DNA of 64,000 bases from Azolla caroliniana. Its lineage: Eukaryota > Plantae > Polypodiophyta. The stretch spans positions 14,694,001 to 14,758,000 of the forward strand of contig JBHGNT010000014.1 of NCBI GenBank assembly GCA_043228905.1, written 5' to 3'. Made by a program: the position numbers and the translations under genes. Positions 26,281-38,944 of this stretch are shown one piece after another (the first letter of the stretch is position 1; each line of letters starts with the position of its first letter). The notes below the pieces were generated by a model. It ran no database searches and was not told the DNA's origin. It saw only the letters and a program-made list of their open reading frames with translations.

Positions 26281-29200
26281 CCGGCAAGAGCAGAACCGAA
26301 GGTACAGAGACAATGACAACAATAGTTCCAAACCCTCCACAAGCAGGGGGAGTCAAGATAGTGCCGGAAATTGGCAAGGAAAGGCCGACACGGAATGTTG
26401 GTATTGTGGCAAGAAAGGCCACAGAGAAAGCGAGTGCTGGAAGAAGTGCGCCGATTCAGATAAATCCGGATCCGGCAAGACCAGACAAGGAAACCGGCAA
26501 AGGTCGCACTACGTAGAAGGATCAGAAGGATTCGGAACCGGGAAGACCAGAAAGGGGCCAGCCTTTGTGATGAAGCACAAGGCCAACTCGATGAAAAAGA
26601 CCACTTCCGAACCGGAGGAAGTGTGGTACATTGATTCTAGAGCATCTAACCATATGACGAGCCATGAAGAGTGGTTCTCGTTTTTAGAGAAACCAGAACA
26701 ACCGGGGATTGTCAAAAACGGAGACGACACCCCTCACCCAATTGTGCATGTCGGAGAAGTCCCTTTAAACAATGTTGGACAAAAGGGAATGGTGATGAAC
26801 GTATTACACGTTCCAACTATCACAAAGAACCTGGTATCGGTCGGACAAATAGTTGACTAGGGAATGCAGGTGCTTCATCGAGGAAGAAGGCCGGATAATT
26901 GCGCAAGGGCGCAAAGAAGGGAGGATGTTCATCCTCAACACAAATGACGTCAGCACCACCATGTTTGCCAAAGGACAGAAGATTGAATCGGACATCGATC
27001 TCTGGCATAAGTGGATCGGCCATGTCAACTACCGGAGGGTTGAAGATTTGCAATCGAAACAAGTCGTGTTCGGATTGCCGAAGTTTAGTGGCCGGAAGAC
27101 CCAAATATGTGAAGCCTGCCAACTTCGGAAGCAACACCGGCTTCCATTCCCCACCAAACGAAACTGGAGCCGTAGAAGCTCAATCTAATCCATTCGGATG
27201 TATGGGGACCGACACAGAATGTTAGTCTTGGCGGGAGTCGGTATTTCGTCTCCTTCATCGAAGACTACAACCCGCACATGTGGATCTACCTCATCAAGAA
27301 GAAAAACGAAGTCTTCAATTGTTTCCGAAACCTTCAAAGCTTAGTCAAAAGGGAAACAGAGAGGAAGATCAAGTGCCTATGGCCGGATGGCGGAAAAGAA
27401 TACTTTTCCGGCCAATTCAACTATTATTTGCAGCAGAACGGAATTCAAAGAGAATTCAGCTATTGATACACACCGGAACAAAACGGTGTGGCCGAGAGAA
27501 AGAACCGATCGATTGTCGATGCGGCAAGGGCAATGATGGAGGAGAAGAGCATGCCCAAATTCTACTGGGTTGAGGCGGTTCGGACGACCATCTACATCCA
27601 AAACCGGATCGGGGACGAGATGTCAGCACATGAGCTGTATTTTGGGCGGAAGTCGAATTTGAGACACCTTTGGATATTCGGTAGCATAGCATATGTGCAT
27701 GTACCGGATGAGAAGCGGAGGAAGAGGGATCCGAAATTGGAGAAGTGCATACTCGTCGGCTACTCGCATGAACAGAAGGGGTATAACTGTTATAACCCCC
27801 GAACTAAACAAGTACGAGTAAGTCGAGATGGCGAGTTTGATGAGTCGACATCATGGTACTGCCTACCGACTCCAACTCCCGATGAAGACCCGATTCCGGA
27901 GGATGAGGCTTGTGAACCCAGAGAGGTTCAAGAAGAAGTTGAAGGATTCGGTACTCTAGATGAGAGTCTGATCTCATTCCGGTTAAGTGGGCCAAATGAG
28001 CGGTTGAGTCGGGATGACCTGTCGGATGAAGAATCAGCAAGTAGTGGAGACTCTCCCGTGCTCTCCCTGCGCAAGGAACCGAGGAGACGATTCACGCACA
28101 AAGAGAAGGGGAAGAAGAAGATGTTGGAATACGATACCAGCAGTGAAGGGTCGGATCGGAACGAATCTGACCCCTGAAAGGAAGAAGTCAGATCTTCAGA
28201 AAGGAAGTTTGAACCGGCCAAGAAGGGCCTCAAACCGGGTAACGAAAAGTTACGCCTGTCAACCTGTCAAAAGAAACCTGTCATGAGGTACAGATACAAT
28301 GAGTACATGGCACATCACTCTGTGTACATGACTAAGGTGGCGGAAGTGCATGAGCCATAGAGCTACGTAGAAGCAGCAAAAGATGCAAATTGGCGTGTTG
28401 CTATGGAGGAAGAAATGTGGGCACTTGATGCCAATGACACATGGGACTTGGTTAACCCTCCCTGATAGTGTAAATCGATCAGTTGCAAATGGGTATATAA
28501 GGTGAAGTATAATGCCGACGGTTCGGTCAACTAGTACAAGGCCTGGTTAGTGGCAAAGGAATACGCACAGACCCACGGAATCGACTACGACGAGACCTTC
28601 GCTCCGGTAGCGAAGATGACGACGGTTCGTATGGTACTGGCTGTTGCTGTGGAAAGGGGATGACATGTTCACCAAATGGACGTGAAGAATGCGTTGCTGC
28701 AAGGTGACCTTGATGAACAGGTCTATATGATCCAACCCCCCGGTTTCCAATCGGAGATGAACAAGTCGGCAGAGTGGTGACTCAAGAAGTCGCCTTACGG
28801 TCTGAAGTAAGTCCCTTGAGATTGGAATGAGAAGATCACACACTGGTTGCGTAAGATGGGGTTTGCAGCCTCAAAGTCCGACTCGTCATTGGTCATCCGG
28901 AACAGTCCGGATGGTCTAGTTTGTATCCTGCTATATGTAGATGATTTAGTCATCACTGGACCCGGACTTAATGAAATCGGTCGAGTGAAGTCCAAGCTGT
29001 CAGACGCATTTGAAATGAAGGACCTGAGGGACCTTCATTATTCTCTTGGGATCGAGGTGATCCGGACCCCCGAAGGCATATTTCTCTCACAAAGACACTA
29101 TGTGCTGAATATGATGTACAAGTTCGGCATGACGGAGTGTTGACTGATCTCCACACCCCTGAACCTGAAGCTACGTCCTGACTACGGCCCGGCCTGCGAT

Positions 29201-30790
29201 GAGAAAGGGTTCCGAAAAATTGTTGGAAGACTCGTATACTTGACAAACACTCGACCCGACATCAGTTACCCTGTTGGAGTGATTAGCCAGTTCATGCAGA
29301 AGCCGACTGTCGTGCACCTTCAGTGCGCACGCCAGATACTTCGGTATGTTAGCGGCACGAAGGACCGGGGATTGTTATACAGACACGGTATAGCTAGGAA
29401 GCTAGTCGGATATACCGATGCTGACTAGGCTGGTGATGCATCGGATCGCCAATCCACCTCTGGTTACATGTTTTCTCTTGGTAGCGCAACTGTTGCGTGG
29501 AGCAGCAAAAAACAACCAACAATGGCTCTATCGAGCACTGAGGTTGATTACTAGGGCACTACCATTGCCACCTGAGAAGCCATCTGGCTTCAACGACTGC
29601 TGCGAGACCTCCGGATCGAGGTGCTGACCCCGATCCTGATTTATTGTGACAACGTAAGCAGCATACAACTCGCCAAGAACCCTGTATTCCATGCTCAGAC
29701 AAAGCACATAGAAGTGCATTATCTCCTTGTTCATGAGCGGGTCTTGAGCGGTGAAGTTGAACTTCGGCATGTTCACACAGATCGACGGGTCTTCACTAAT
29801 CCGCTCGGATCGGACAAGTTGCAGCATTTTTCGGAGATGCTCGACATTCAGCATCTCGATGTGCCACACTTGAGGGGGAGAACAAGAACGAGAATGGATG
29901 GCACCGGACAAGGAGCCGGAGAGGAAGAAAGAACCAAGGGGGGAGATGAGCAGATAAAGGAAGTCGAGCCGACCGAAGGAGTCAGCACATCCGAACAAGT
30001 CGGAGCAAATGGCAGTGGTGACAGAGTCAAGAATGACAGAGTCGACCAGAAGAATGCCAAGACCCGGACGTGGTCTGATGTGGTGAAGGGCCTCAAAACG
30101 GAAGACGAGTTGGAGACTACCAAATCGGACAAGAGTTGGAACGAATCAGAGGAAGCCGATTTGGTTCAAGATTCAAAGAAGCCGGATCAACTAAAGGCGA
30201 AGTGGACGAGAAGGTAGCAGAAGTCGACACCGACACGAAGGAACCAATGGATCGACAAACGCTAGAGTCATAGCAGCGAAGGAGCTGAAATGGGCCTATT
30301 GAGTAGACAAGCCGACCAAGGAGGTCAACGTGCATAGTACCGAATGGGTCGCGGGAAGCGGAACCGGACCGGACGAGGAGCGCGAGCAAGGCGGGAGGAC
30401 GTTAGAAGGAGCCGGAGGAAAGGACCGGTTACTGTAGACATTGACATCATGATCCGACCTCAAGTTGAGCTTGAGGGGGAGTGTTGAGCGAGCAACCTCA
30501 ACCGGATCCGGATCAGTTGAATAAGCCAGAGCCGAATCGGTATCCGGAACCAAGAGCCGGATCGGAGAGCCGGATCGGATTGAAACTGGTAGGCCGTTAG
30601 AGGCGTACGGATCCAGCCTAATACGTAGGCATATTTTTGGGAGTCAATGACAGTCGCTCGTATGAGCATTGAAGTACCTGTCAGTATTTCGGTCAGTCCT
30701 TTATGGACTTCTATAAAAGTGGTCTCTGAGCACATTCTATGTACAGAATATTGACAATATTATTTTGAATTGAGTTGTGTTTATGTTCTA

Positions 30791-30821
<31 letters not shown>

Positions 30822-30927
30822 GTGCATGCTTATTCTCTGGGTTAAGCTTCCATTAAACCTTCTTCTCTTTATTTTTATTATTCGGCAGAGCTAGTTTGGC
30901 ATACGCTTCCACACGCTAACTTTCACA
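26281..30927 (+). mobile_element. Ty1/copia C3, 5'-truncated and pseudogenised; 3' LTR 30482-30927
   Basis: CWYCGKKGH knuckle, WYIDSRASNHM, integrase, RT (LYVDDL), RH (YCDNVS..TKHIEVHY). PPT ttgagggggag at 30471-30481. LTR TG..CA. Numerous C>T-type stops. Confidence 0.92.
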
Positions 30928-31744
30928 ACTTTATTTTGGTCTATTGATTAGTAATAGTCTCTTAACATACAAGCAAAAAGCGAAGAAGAAAGAATGTACC
31001 GAGTACATGTACTCTGAAATTGGATTATGAGGGTAGCTAAGTCTCATATTTATACCTCTTCCTAAGCCCCTTGAATAGATGTGCCTTTCTAAAAGACTAT
31101 CCATTCATTGGTTGTCCAAATCATGATAGTGCATGCACCTATCATTCCTTCTATCCAATCACATTAGTCCCTTTTTAACATTAGTGGACATACCCTTCAC
31201 TTATGTACATATTAGTGACCTACCATCACCTGAGTTATGTGTACATAACATTGTACCTCAAACGTCCTTAACCATCCTTAACCATCTCTAGTAAATGCAC
31301 CAATGAACCACAATGGAGTTAACTTGATTGCATTGTTCATCCTTCATTATTTCTAGAATTTTAGCAATCCAAAATAGATGGCCTAACTCATCATCCTTGA
31401 CGAATGTTGCAAAGAACATCACAACTTGTAACTCGTGCAAATTGCCTTGCCATCTTGCCTCTAAAATACGTGAAATTCTTAATCCCACGTTAATATCTCT
31501 ATGTCATGGATGAATTAGATTATTAAGTTCAGTATTATCTAGTGATTGATGGTGAGCAGTGGACACCATTGACGATACACCAATATTCCATGTGAACACA
31601 TTTTAGTGTGGCTAGTATCCGGCAATGTAGTGATCTAAAATCATATGCTGATGGCTGAAGAAGAATTACCCCACCATTTTGCATTTTGATCATCTACATA
31701 CTTCTTTGTGCATTCAATATTTTTTTGTTTCTCTTTAAGGCATC

Positions 31745-34700
31745 TGTTAAGGATTAGGTAATTAATTAAGGAATAATTATTACATAATTATGTGATTAAT
31801 TTAAGCGGAAGATTATGTGATATGTGTGTGAGAGGAAGAGAGAGTGAGAAAGAGAGAGAGAGACTTATGAATAACACAAGATGGGGGATGAGTAAACTAG
31901 AGTGTATATTATAAAACATCATCAACTATCATCAAATACAAAAATACCTTCAATGAGGTATATATAGGTTTCATGTGCAAGGGTGCACATGTGCTAGGAG
32001 AATATAGGTAAAACGTATAAGTCCTACATTAAATGAGCATGGAGTGGTGGATCTACAATGTATCCCACTTGAGTACAAAATCCTATTTAAGGCTTTATGG
32101 TCAACACCCTAACTAGATTCTTTCTAGGTAACTACTAAGTTACATGTGTTGACTAACTAACTAAACTAAGTTGAGCTTGATCTCTCAAAAAGCCCCCTCA
32201 AACTCAAGTGTGAGGCGTTTGACATCCGGCGTTGTTTTCAGCGTTGTCCGGCTTTCGATGTCGGCTTCTGTGTGGCTTCCGTCCGGCCTTCGGCTTTCTT
32301 CATCGTGGCAATCTCGGGTCCTCCCCCTCAAGCCAGTGACGAAGGCTTGTAGTGTGTGGGCGAAGGCCGACTACTTCCACCCATCATGGGTGACGAGCCG
32401 CTTTGTTCCGCCGCTACCTTCATCGCGAAGGCATAGTGATGGGCCATATACTTGTTGTAGTCGAACCGCGTGACGGGGTTCTTAGCTCTAGATGAGCGTC
32501 AAAGTTTTTCGCTCGCCGATGTGAGCGCCTTCTTTACTTCGGGTGTTTGCATGATGGGTACACCGAACTCACTGTCTAGTGAGGGAGCCGATCCATCCAA
32601 ATCATTATCGTCGGGGTGGTCGATTTCGTATTCGGGCATCTTGCCCTTGCCCTTGTCCGATTTCGGACTTGGCCGCGACGTGGTTGGGTCGCGTGAAGAT
32701 TCTTGTGGCTCACAAGGCTTTGCCATAATCAGACTTTCTTCGTTCATATGCGCAACTTGATCTTCGGTTCTTGTTCGGCGTAATCCGCATCGAGCGTAGT
32801 CGGAGTCGAAGAGGTGTTTGGTGCGTACCAGGATGTGTACTCGTCGAAGACTATGTCTCAACTTACGCGAACTTATCGCGTCGACGGGTTGTAGCACTTG
32901 TACGCCTTCTTCTCAGACGCGTATCCTATGAGGATACATTTCTCCGACTTCGCGTCGGGCTTCTGTCGTTGTTTGTTCGGGATGCATACATTCGCAATGC
33001 TTCCGAACACTTTGAGATGCAACAGGATCGGCTTCCTTCTGACGAGGAGCTCGTAGGGAGTTAGCTCATGGACTCCATTGGTGGTGCATCGATTCATGAG
33101 ATAGATGGCTGTGGATGCCGCTTTGGCCCAATAGAAGTTCGGCATGTGCTTCTCATGCATCATGGCGCGTGCTACCTCAAGTATTTGCCGATTCTTCCTT
33201 TCGGCGACTCCATTTTGTTGGGGTGTGTGTCGGCACGAGAATTCTCTACGAATGCCTTCACTTTGGAGGTAGGAGATGAACTCGTCGGAGAAGTACCCTT
33301 TCCTCTATCCGATCGTAGGCATCGAATGTGCCGACCGATTTCTTTTTCAACTTGCCCATTAAGCTTTTGGAAGTGGGAGAACACTTCGCTCTTCTTCTTC
33401 ATCGGGTAGATCCACATGTAGCGCGAGTAGTCATTGATGAAGGTTACATAGTATCAGCATCCGCCGATCGTCGGCGTTTGAGCCGGTTCCCATACATCCG
33501 AGTGAATGACGTCGAGGAGGCCTTTCCTCGCGTGGCTCTCCTTCGGGAATGGGAGTCGATGTTGTTTTCCGAGTTGACACGCTTCGCATACTCGGTCGAC
33601 TCGTTTCGACTCGAATGTTGGAAGTCCGATGACGATTCCCTTTGTTTGCATAGCTCGAAGCCGTTGGAGGTTGATGTGGCCAATTCCTTTGTGCCACAAC
33701 TCGATGTTCGTCTCGTTTTTGAGACCTTTAGCGTACATTGCCGATTTCACCTCGTTCGAATCGAGGATGAACATTTGGCCTTCTCTCCGCCCCTTAGCTA
33801 CGACTAGACCATCTTTCTCGATGAAGCATCCTTCTTTGGTGAAGCGGACTTGCATGCCTTGCTCCACGATTTGGCTGACCGAGACCAAATTCTTTGTTAT
33901 TGTGGGCACGTGCAAGACATTCTTGATGCAAGTTTGCTCGCCTTCTTTCCCGAATGGGACATTGCCGATAAGCCGAATGGGATGCGTGGTGTCGTCTCCC
34001 GTCTCTATAAAGCTGGGTCGATCCGGCGTTTGTAAATCGCGAAACCACTCTTCGTGGGATGTCATGTGATGTGAGGCGCCGGAATCTACGAACCACACGT
34101 CTTCCGGATTGGAGATGCTTGCGGAGTCGGAGACCGTCATAGAGTTCACTCTATGCCGCATTATGAATAGTTCGCCGTAATCCTCGTATTCGGAGTTGTT
34201 GGCGTAGTTTGTGAGTTGTCGGCTTGTCGACGCTGACTCGCTTCTTTTCTTCCGACACTCCACCTCATAGTGGCCGATTTTGCCGCAATAATTGCAAGTT
34301 GCGGGCCTCGTTTGCCGACCTTGTTTGGCTTGGAAGCTCCCCCTTCTTTCGAAGGTTCCTCGATGGCTTCCTCTTCTACCGCCACGACCTCATCCACGAC
34401 CACCGTCCGAATTCAAGAAGAACATTTGTCCTTCCGGTGCCTTGATTTTGTTTCGGACGTGGTTTTCTTCGACCAATAACATCGATTGGAGGTCGAAGAA
34501 CGAAGGAGGTTTTTCTCTCGCCAAGATTGCCGTCCGTAGTGGATCAAATCGTTGTGCGAGGCTGCCCAAGCATACTTGAACCATCTCGTCTTCGTCGACG
34601 TTTATGTTGATGGAGCCAAGGGAGTCACAAATGCTCTTGATTTTGGCAGTGTAGTCCGACACGGACGTGTCTTTTTGCCGAATGTTATTCAACTCTTCCC

Positions 34701-35650
34701 GGAGTTGAAGTTTGCGGGCGGTTGTGTTGGCAGCGAACATTTTCTTTAAGTTCTCCCACGCCTCTTTAGGCGTCTTGGCGTCTCGAATGTGGCTAAGCAT
34801 ATGGTCGTGGACACATGTCGCCAAGCAATACATTACCCGACTCGCTCCTTGCTCCCACATTGGGTAATTGGCGTTTGTGTTGTCGGGCTTGTTCTCGAGT
34901 ATGCCGTTGATGTAGCTCCAATACCCTTGGCTGACGAGGTATTGGGTCATCTTGTACTCCCAAGATGAAAAATTGCTCCGGTCTAGCTTTTCGCTAGGGA
35001 GCGAGCTACCCATTTGTGTGTTCATATTGTTTTGTGTCTTCCTTGTTGGCTCTTCTTTCTTCGATCACGTACTTGTGCTATGTAGCGACACTATGGTAGC
35101 GGATGGCCGGAATTTGTCATCGGCGTTTCGAACACACAATCACGAAGAGTCGGGTGGGCTTAGTGGATATGCTAAACCACACGCTCCGATACCATGTGAA
35201 GGATTAGGTAATTAATTAAGGAATAATTATTACCTAATTATGTGATTAAGTTAAGCGGAAGATTATGTGATATGTGTGTGTATGTGTGTGAGAGGAAGAG
35301 AGAGTGAGAGAGAGAGAGAGAGACTTATGAATAACACAAGATGGGGGATGAGTAAACTAGAGTGTATATTATAAAACATCATCAACTATCATCAAATACA
35401 AAAATACCTTCAATGAGGTATATATAGGTTTCATGTGCAAGGGTGCACATGTGCTAGGAGAATATAGGTACACCGTGTAAGTCCTATATTAAATGAGCAT
35501 GGAGTGGTGGATCTACAATGTATCCCACTCGAGTACAAAATCCTATTTAAGGATTTATGGTCAACACACTAACTAGATTCTATCTAGGTAACTACTAAGT
35601 TACATGTGTTGACTAACTAATTAAACTAAGTTGAGCTTGATCTCTCAACA
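31745..35650 (-). mobile_element. Ty1/copia C2 with two LTRs and a TSD but no RT/RNase H (gag-PR-INT only, ~3.9 kb)
   Basis: LTRs 31745-32190 and 35195-35650 are near-identical. TSD gcatc/acatc. PBS TGGTATCGGAGC at 35194-35183. PPT at ~32191-32200. gag ORF 34390-35025, PR/INT 34263-32870. No RT after MAHHYAF. Confidence 0.92.
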
Positions 35651-38600
35651 ACATCACATCCAATACATCCTTTGATCATTAATAGAGTTGCCAGGAGCCA
35701 TTTTTTTATGGTCATCATACGGCATTTGTTTTGCACCATGGATTTGAGCATTTGGAAAATGAAGTAAGTCTAACCTACAACCCTCTTGTGGCTCCCATTG
35801 TGTACTAGTCGAGTACCGTCATGTTGTGGCTAACAACACATCGTTTTATTAGGAAAACATGGTTGAAACTTATATTATTAAGAGGTGCAAGAACCCTATA
35901 TTTAGTCCCATCACCATCCATGCACAAGTGTTTGAAATCATACACTTCATTCAAATGATGTAATTCGGGCTTCGGTTTATAAGCTTCACTAATGAACTTT
36001 GGTGGCATGGGAAGCGTGAAAGCACACATCGTGCTAATTTCTTTAAGAATCTATTGAACATTTGATCTATATGATCATGGGTATGACCAACTAGGAAGAT
36101 GTTGACCTTAATCTTCTTAAATATGCCATTCTCTATGACCACACATAAATCACCAAAAACGGTCGACATCTTATTTTCTCTAGCTGTGTTGTTGAGTTGC
36201 AGATATTGCACGGGCATGAGTATACTGGCCAAGATTGTAACACTCTTTGCATGACTGTGGCTGTAAGGTTAGGGTCGTTGTGGATATTAGGATAAGTTAA
36301 GAATACTTGGGAACACAGTCACGTTCAAAAGTGGAAGGATCACACAATCCACTTTTAGATTCTGTTCACAATTGTGCAAATTTATGCAATATATAGAAAC
36401 TTGTTACACCAGTGTCGCATGTTCGTCAACCCATATAGAATTTGCTAAACTATTAATATTTAACAAGTTTCAAAGTAAAAAACATGTATTGTTTTGAACA
36501 TTGTTAAAGTTGATGATCGCCAAATACGAAACTTATTTAAAATTATATCATATGACAATTCTTTATTCAATTGACAATAGTTAAACTTTCAGAATGTATG
36601 ATGCAATTTTCAAAGTTGGTTGAGATGTTGAGAAAATCATGATCTTCAGACATAAAATGTAGTTAAATTACAAACTATGCACATGGTCTATACAACAATT
36701 GATCTCCAGGTTTAACCATCGTGCGGAGGTGTAGGGAGAAGAAATGGAAGTGATAGCTATAGTTAGTGATTATGTGTTATGCACTCTAATACTTAGTGAA
36801 TGTTGCACGATATACACACTGATGAGACAGTTTCCCCAATACACACCCATGAGAGAGAACACCCATACACACGTATCATATACTGGATACACTTGGACAC
36901 TCATTATGGTCACACACCCAAAAGTAAGGTGGGTCCGAATTGTAGAACATATTCGATGATCAAAAGTGAAGCTTGGATTAAAACAATTATAACAAGTACG
37001 TCGATTAAAACATGTAGCTTAGTAAAGCTTAGTAATGTTATAACGTCGATAGCAACAACACAAATTTAACAATATAAACATCAGTAGATATATTTAAAGA
37101 AACAATATAAACATGGAATCAAACTTACTTTACAGAGAATAAAACTTTGATTACAATGTTTTTTATAAAATACAAAATTCATTACATTGCTATAAGTTCA
37201 TCATTTTATTCGTCTTCCTTTTGAGAAATGTCCTCAGAATTTTGTGCATCGGCATCCACTCTAGTTAGGTTGGCTACCGTGGGGTCCTCCAAAACCTCAT
37301 CATCTAGTTCTATAAGCTCCCAAGGTTCACCAGCCAAGGGAGGAATAGGCCCACAAGAGGCCGCTTGAAACCGTTATGTATCCGTGACATGCTTTGCCCC
37401 TACCTCCTCGTCTTGATCTGGGCACTCCTATAAGGCTTTAATCCGTATACTAATGAAACATACTTGCTCCTCGTCTGTCTCCAATGCAACTGTATTCTGA
37501 AATAGTTTCAAGGCGCATGCAAATGTCGTACCTATCATGAAAATAATAAGATCATAGCTTCAATTAGACAACCAATAAGTATATACTTTTGTAGAGCAAA
37601 GTCTAAGAACATAGTCGTGCCAAAAAACAAATCTAAAATCCAATCTTCTTCGTTAGAGAACATTTCGATAAGGCGCATCATGAGTCGTTGGGGCTTTTGG
37701 TAAGGATTGATTAGGCCACGTTCAGTCATTGTGACATGTCGCAATTTCTGTGTAACTACTGGGTACACTAACAGATTTGAACCTTTGACCTCATTTGAAT
37801 GTTCCTTTATCCTTTGATTCTTTATTTCATCATAATAACCAACAATTATGTATTCAATAGCATTGACAAAACAAAAGTTCGGTCCTCTATTAACATTGGT
37901 TTTGATCCTATAAATGACAAAAAGAAAACAAAAGATAGAGACTCAAGTATTAGTTACATAAACTGACAAGAATTGTAATGCAACCAAAATTGAATTAGTC
38001 TTTGTATAACCCTTACCAAGCAAGCTTCTCTACACCATGAAAACGTGATCTCAATGCTTGAGCCACATAATATCCTTGGTCCATACTATGAAAGACCACT
38101 ATTCTCCACAAGCTTGTTGTGGTTAACTCCGCGAAATCCTTCACCAGTTTCTCCAATTGTTTGAACCTATATGGTTCATCATCGTAAGAAGATCCAACCA
38201 TATAGAATCCATATGGAATATCTGCAATGAGTAACGTGTACTCCTTCGGCAACTTCTGGATCATCTCCGCAACATCACCGCAATACAGATTATAATACAA
38301 TTCTTGGGTAATATCCTTTTTGTAGCTGAACTTCTTGAAAGTTTTGTCGTCTTCCACATCGAATGCCTTCACTAAGCGTAGGTCCTTTTCTTTCCGTGCT
38401 CTTTCAAGATGGGTAAGAAAGGAAGTTGGAAAATCATGTATATCTTTGACTTCTCCAGGCTTCTTGCTACGACATGGTTTCTATGTGAAACAACAAAACA
38501 CATAACTCATACTTAATATTCAAATATGTAATACATTAGAATGGCAAATATCAAATATGTAATATTAACCCAATGCTTAAAAGCAATAAAATATTCCGAT

Positions 38601-38944
38601 AGCGCCTTGTATGAAGACGTAATCGGATACTCTTCAGTCACTTGTGCCCATGTTAGGCAACCAAGTTGCTTCATAATCACCTCCTGAATTTTCATATACA
38701 CCTTGTGACTAGAAAAGCATAAACAACCATTAGCACTTATAAATTCAAAGACAAAACATGTAATAAGAACAAAAGTATTAGGCTTACTTATTGAACTCTG
38801 TGGTCAACCATTTCTTCTAAGCTTAGCTCTTTCGCCACGGCGGACACAAGTAGTTGCTCTTCTTTTATACCTTGCATGGCTCTCCATGGTGTTAGCTCTT
38901 TGAGAGATCTTTCTAAAGAATGTTCATTTACTGAATTCTGTTAT

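Larger units (their letters stand above)
16010..31250 (-). mobile_element. Chromovirus (Ty3/gypsy) G1 shell: 3' LTR 16010-16483, chromodomain/integrase C-terminus 16520-17050, 5' LTR remnant 31025-31250; interior replaced by nested elements
   Basis: LTR copies 16257-16483 and 31025-31250 are closely similar. TTGTA flanks both ends (16005-16009, 31251-31255). PPT at ~16486. FKIKWMDKPIDDATWEREHTL (chromodomain) and KLAPRYCSPFEILK (GPY/F). Confidence 0.75.
15663..36350 (-). pseudogene. Transposase-like gene (GHTHxxxD, RNase H-fold, Sola/DUF7869-like) in three pieces: ~36350-35651, 31744-31251, 16009-15663
   Basis: LTYPNIHNDPNLT..YLQLNNTARENK..GIFKKIKVNIFLVGHTHDHIDQMF, then FWIAKILEI..IVVHW, then after rejoining at TSD TTGTA: SRKLRRKNV..VDILVY.NFALIKTGHL and an acidic tail. 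Contains frameshifts. Family assignment is from motif memory. Confidence 0.7.

Noticed and set aside
37206-38910. Bacterial contamination as the source of the MTase
   Set aside because: It has frame-preserving spliceosomal introns and is interleaved with plant retroelements.
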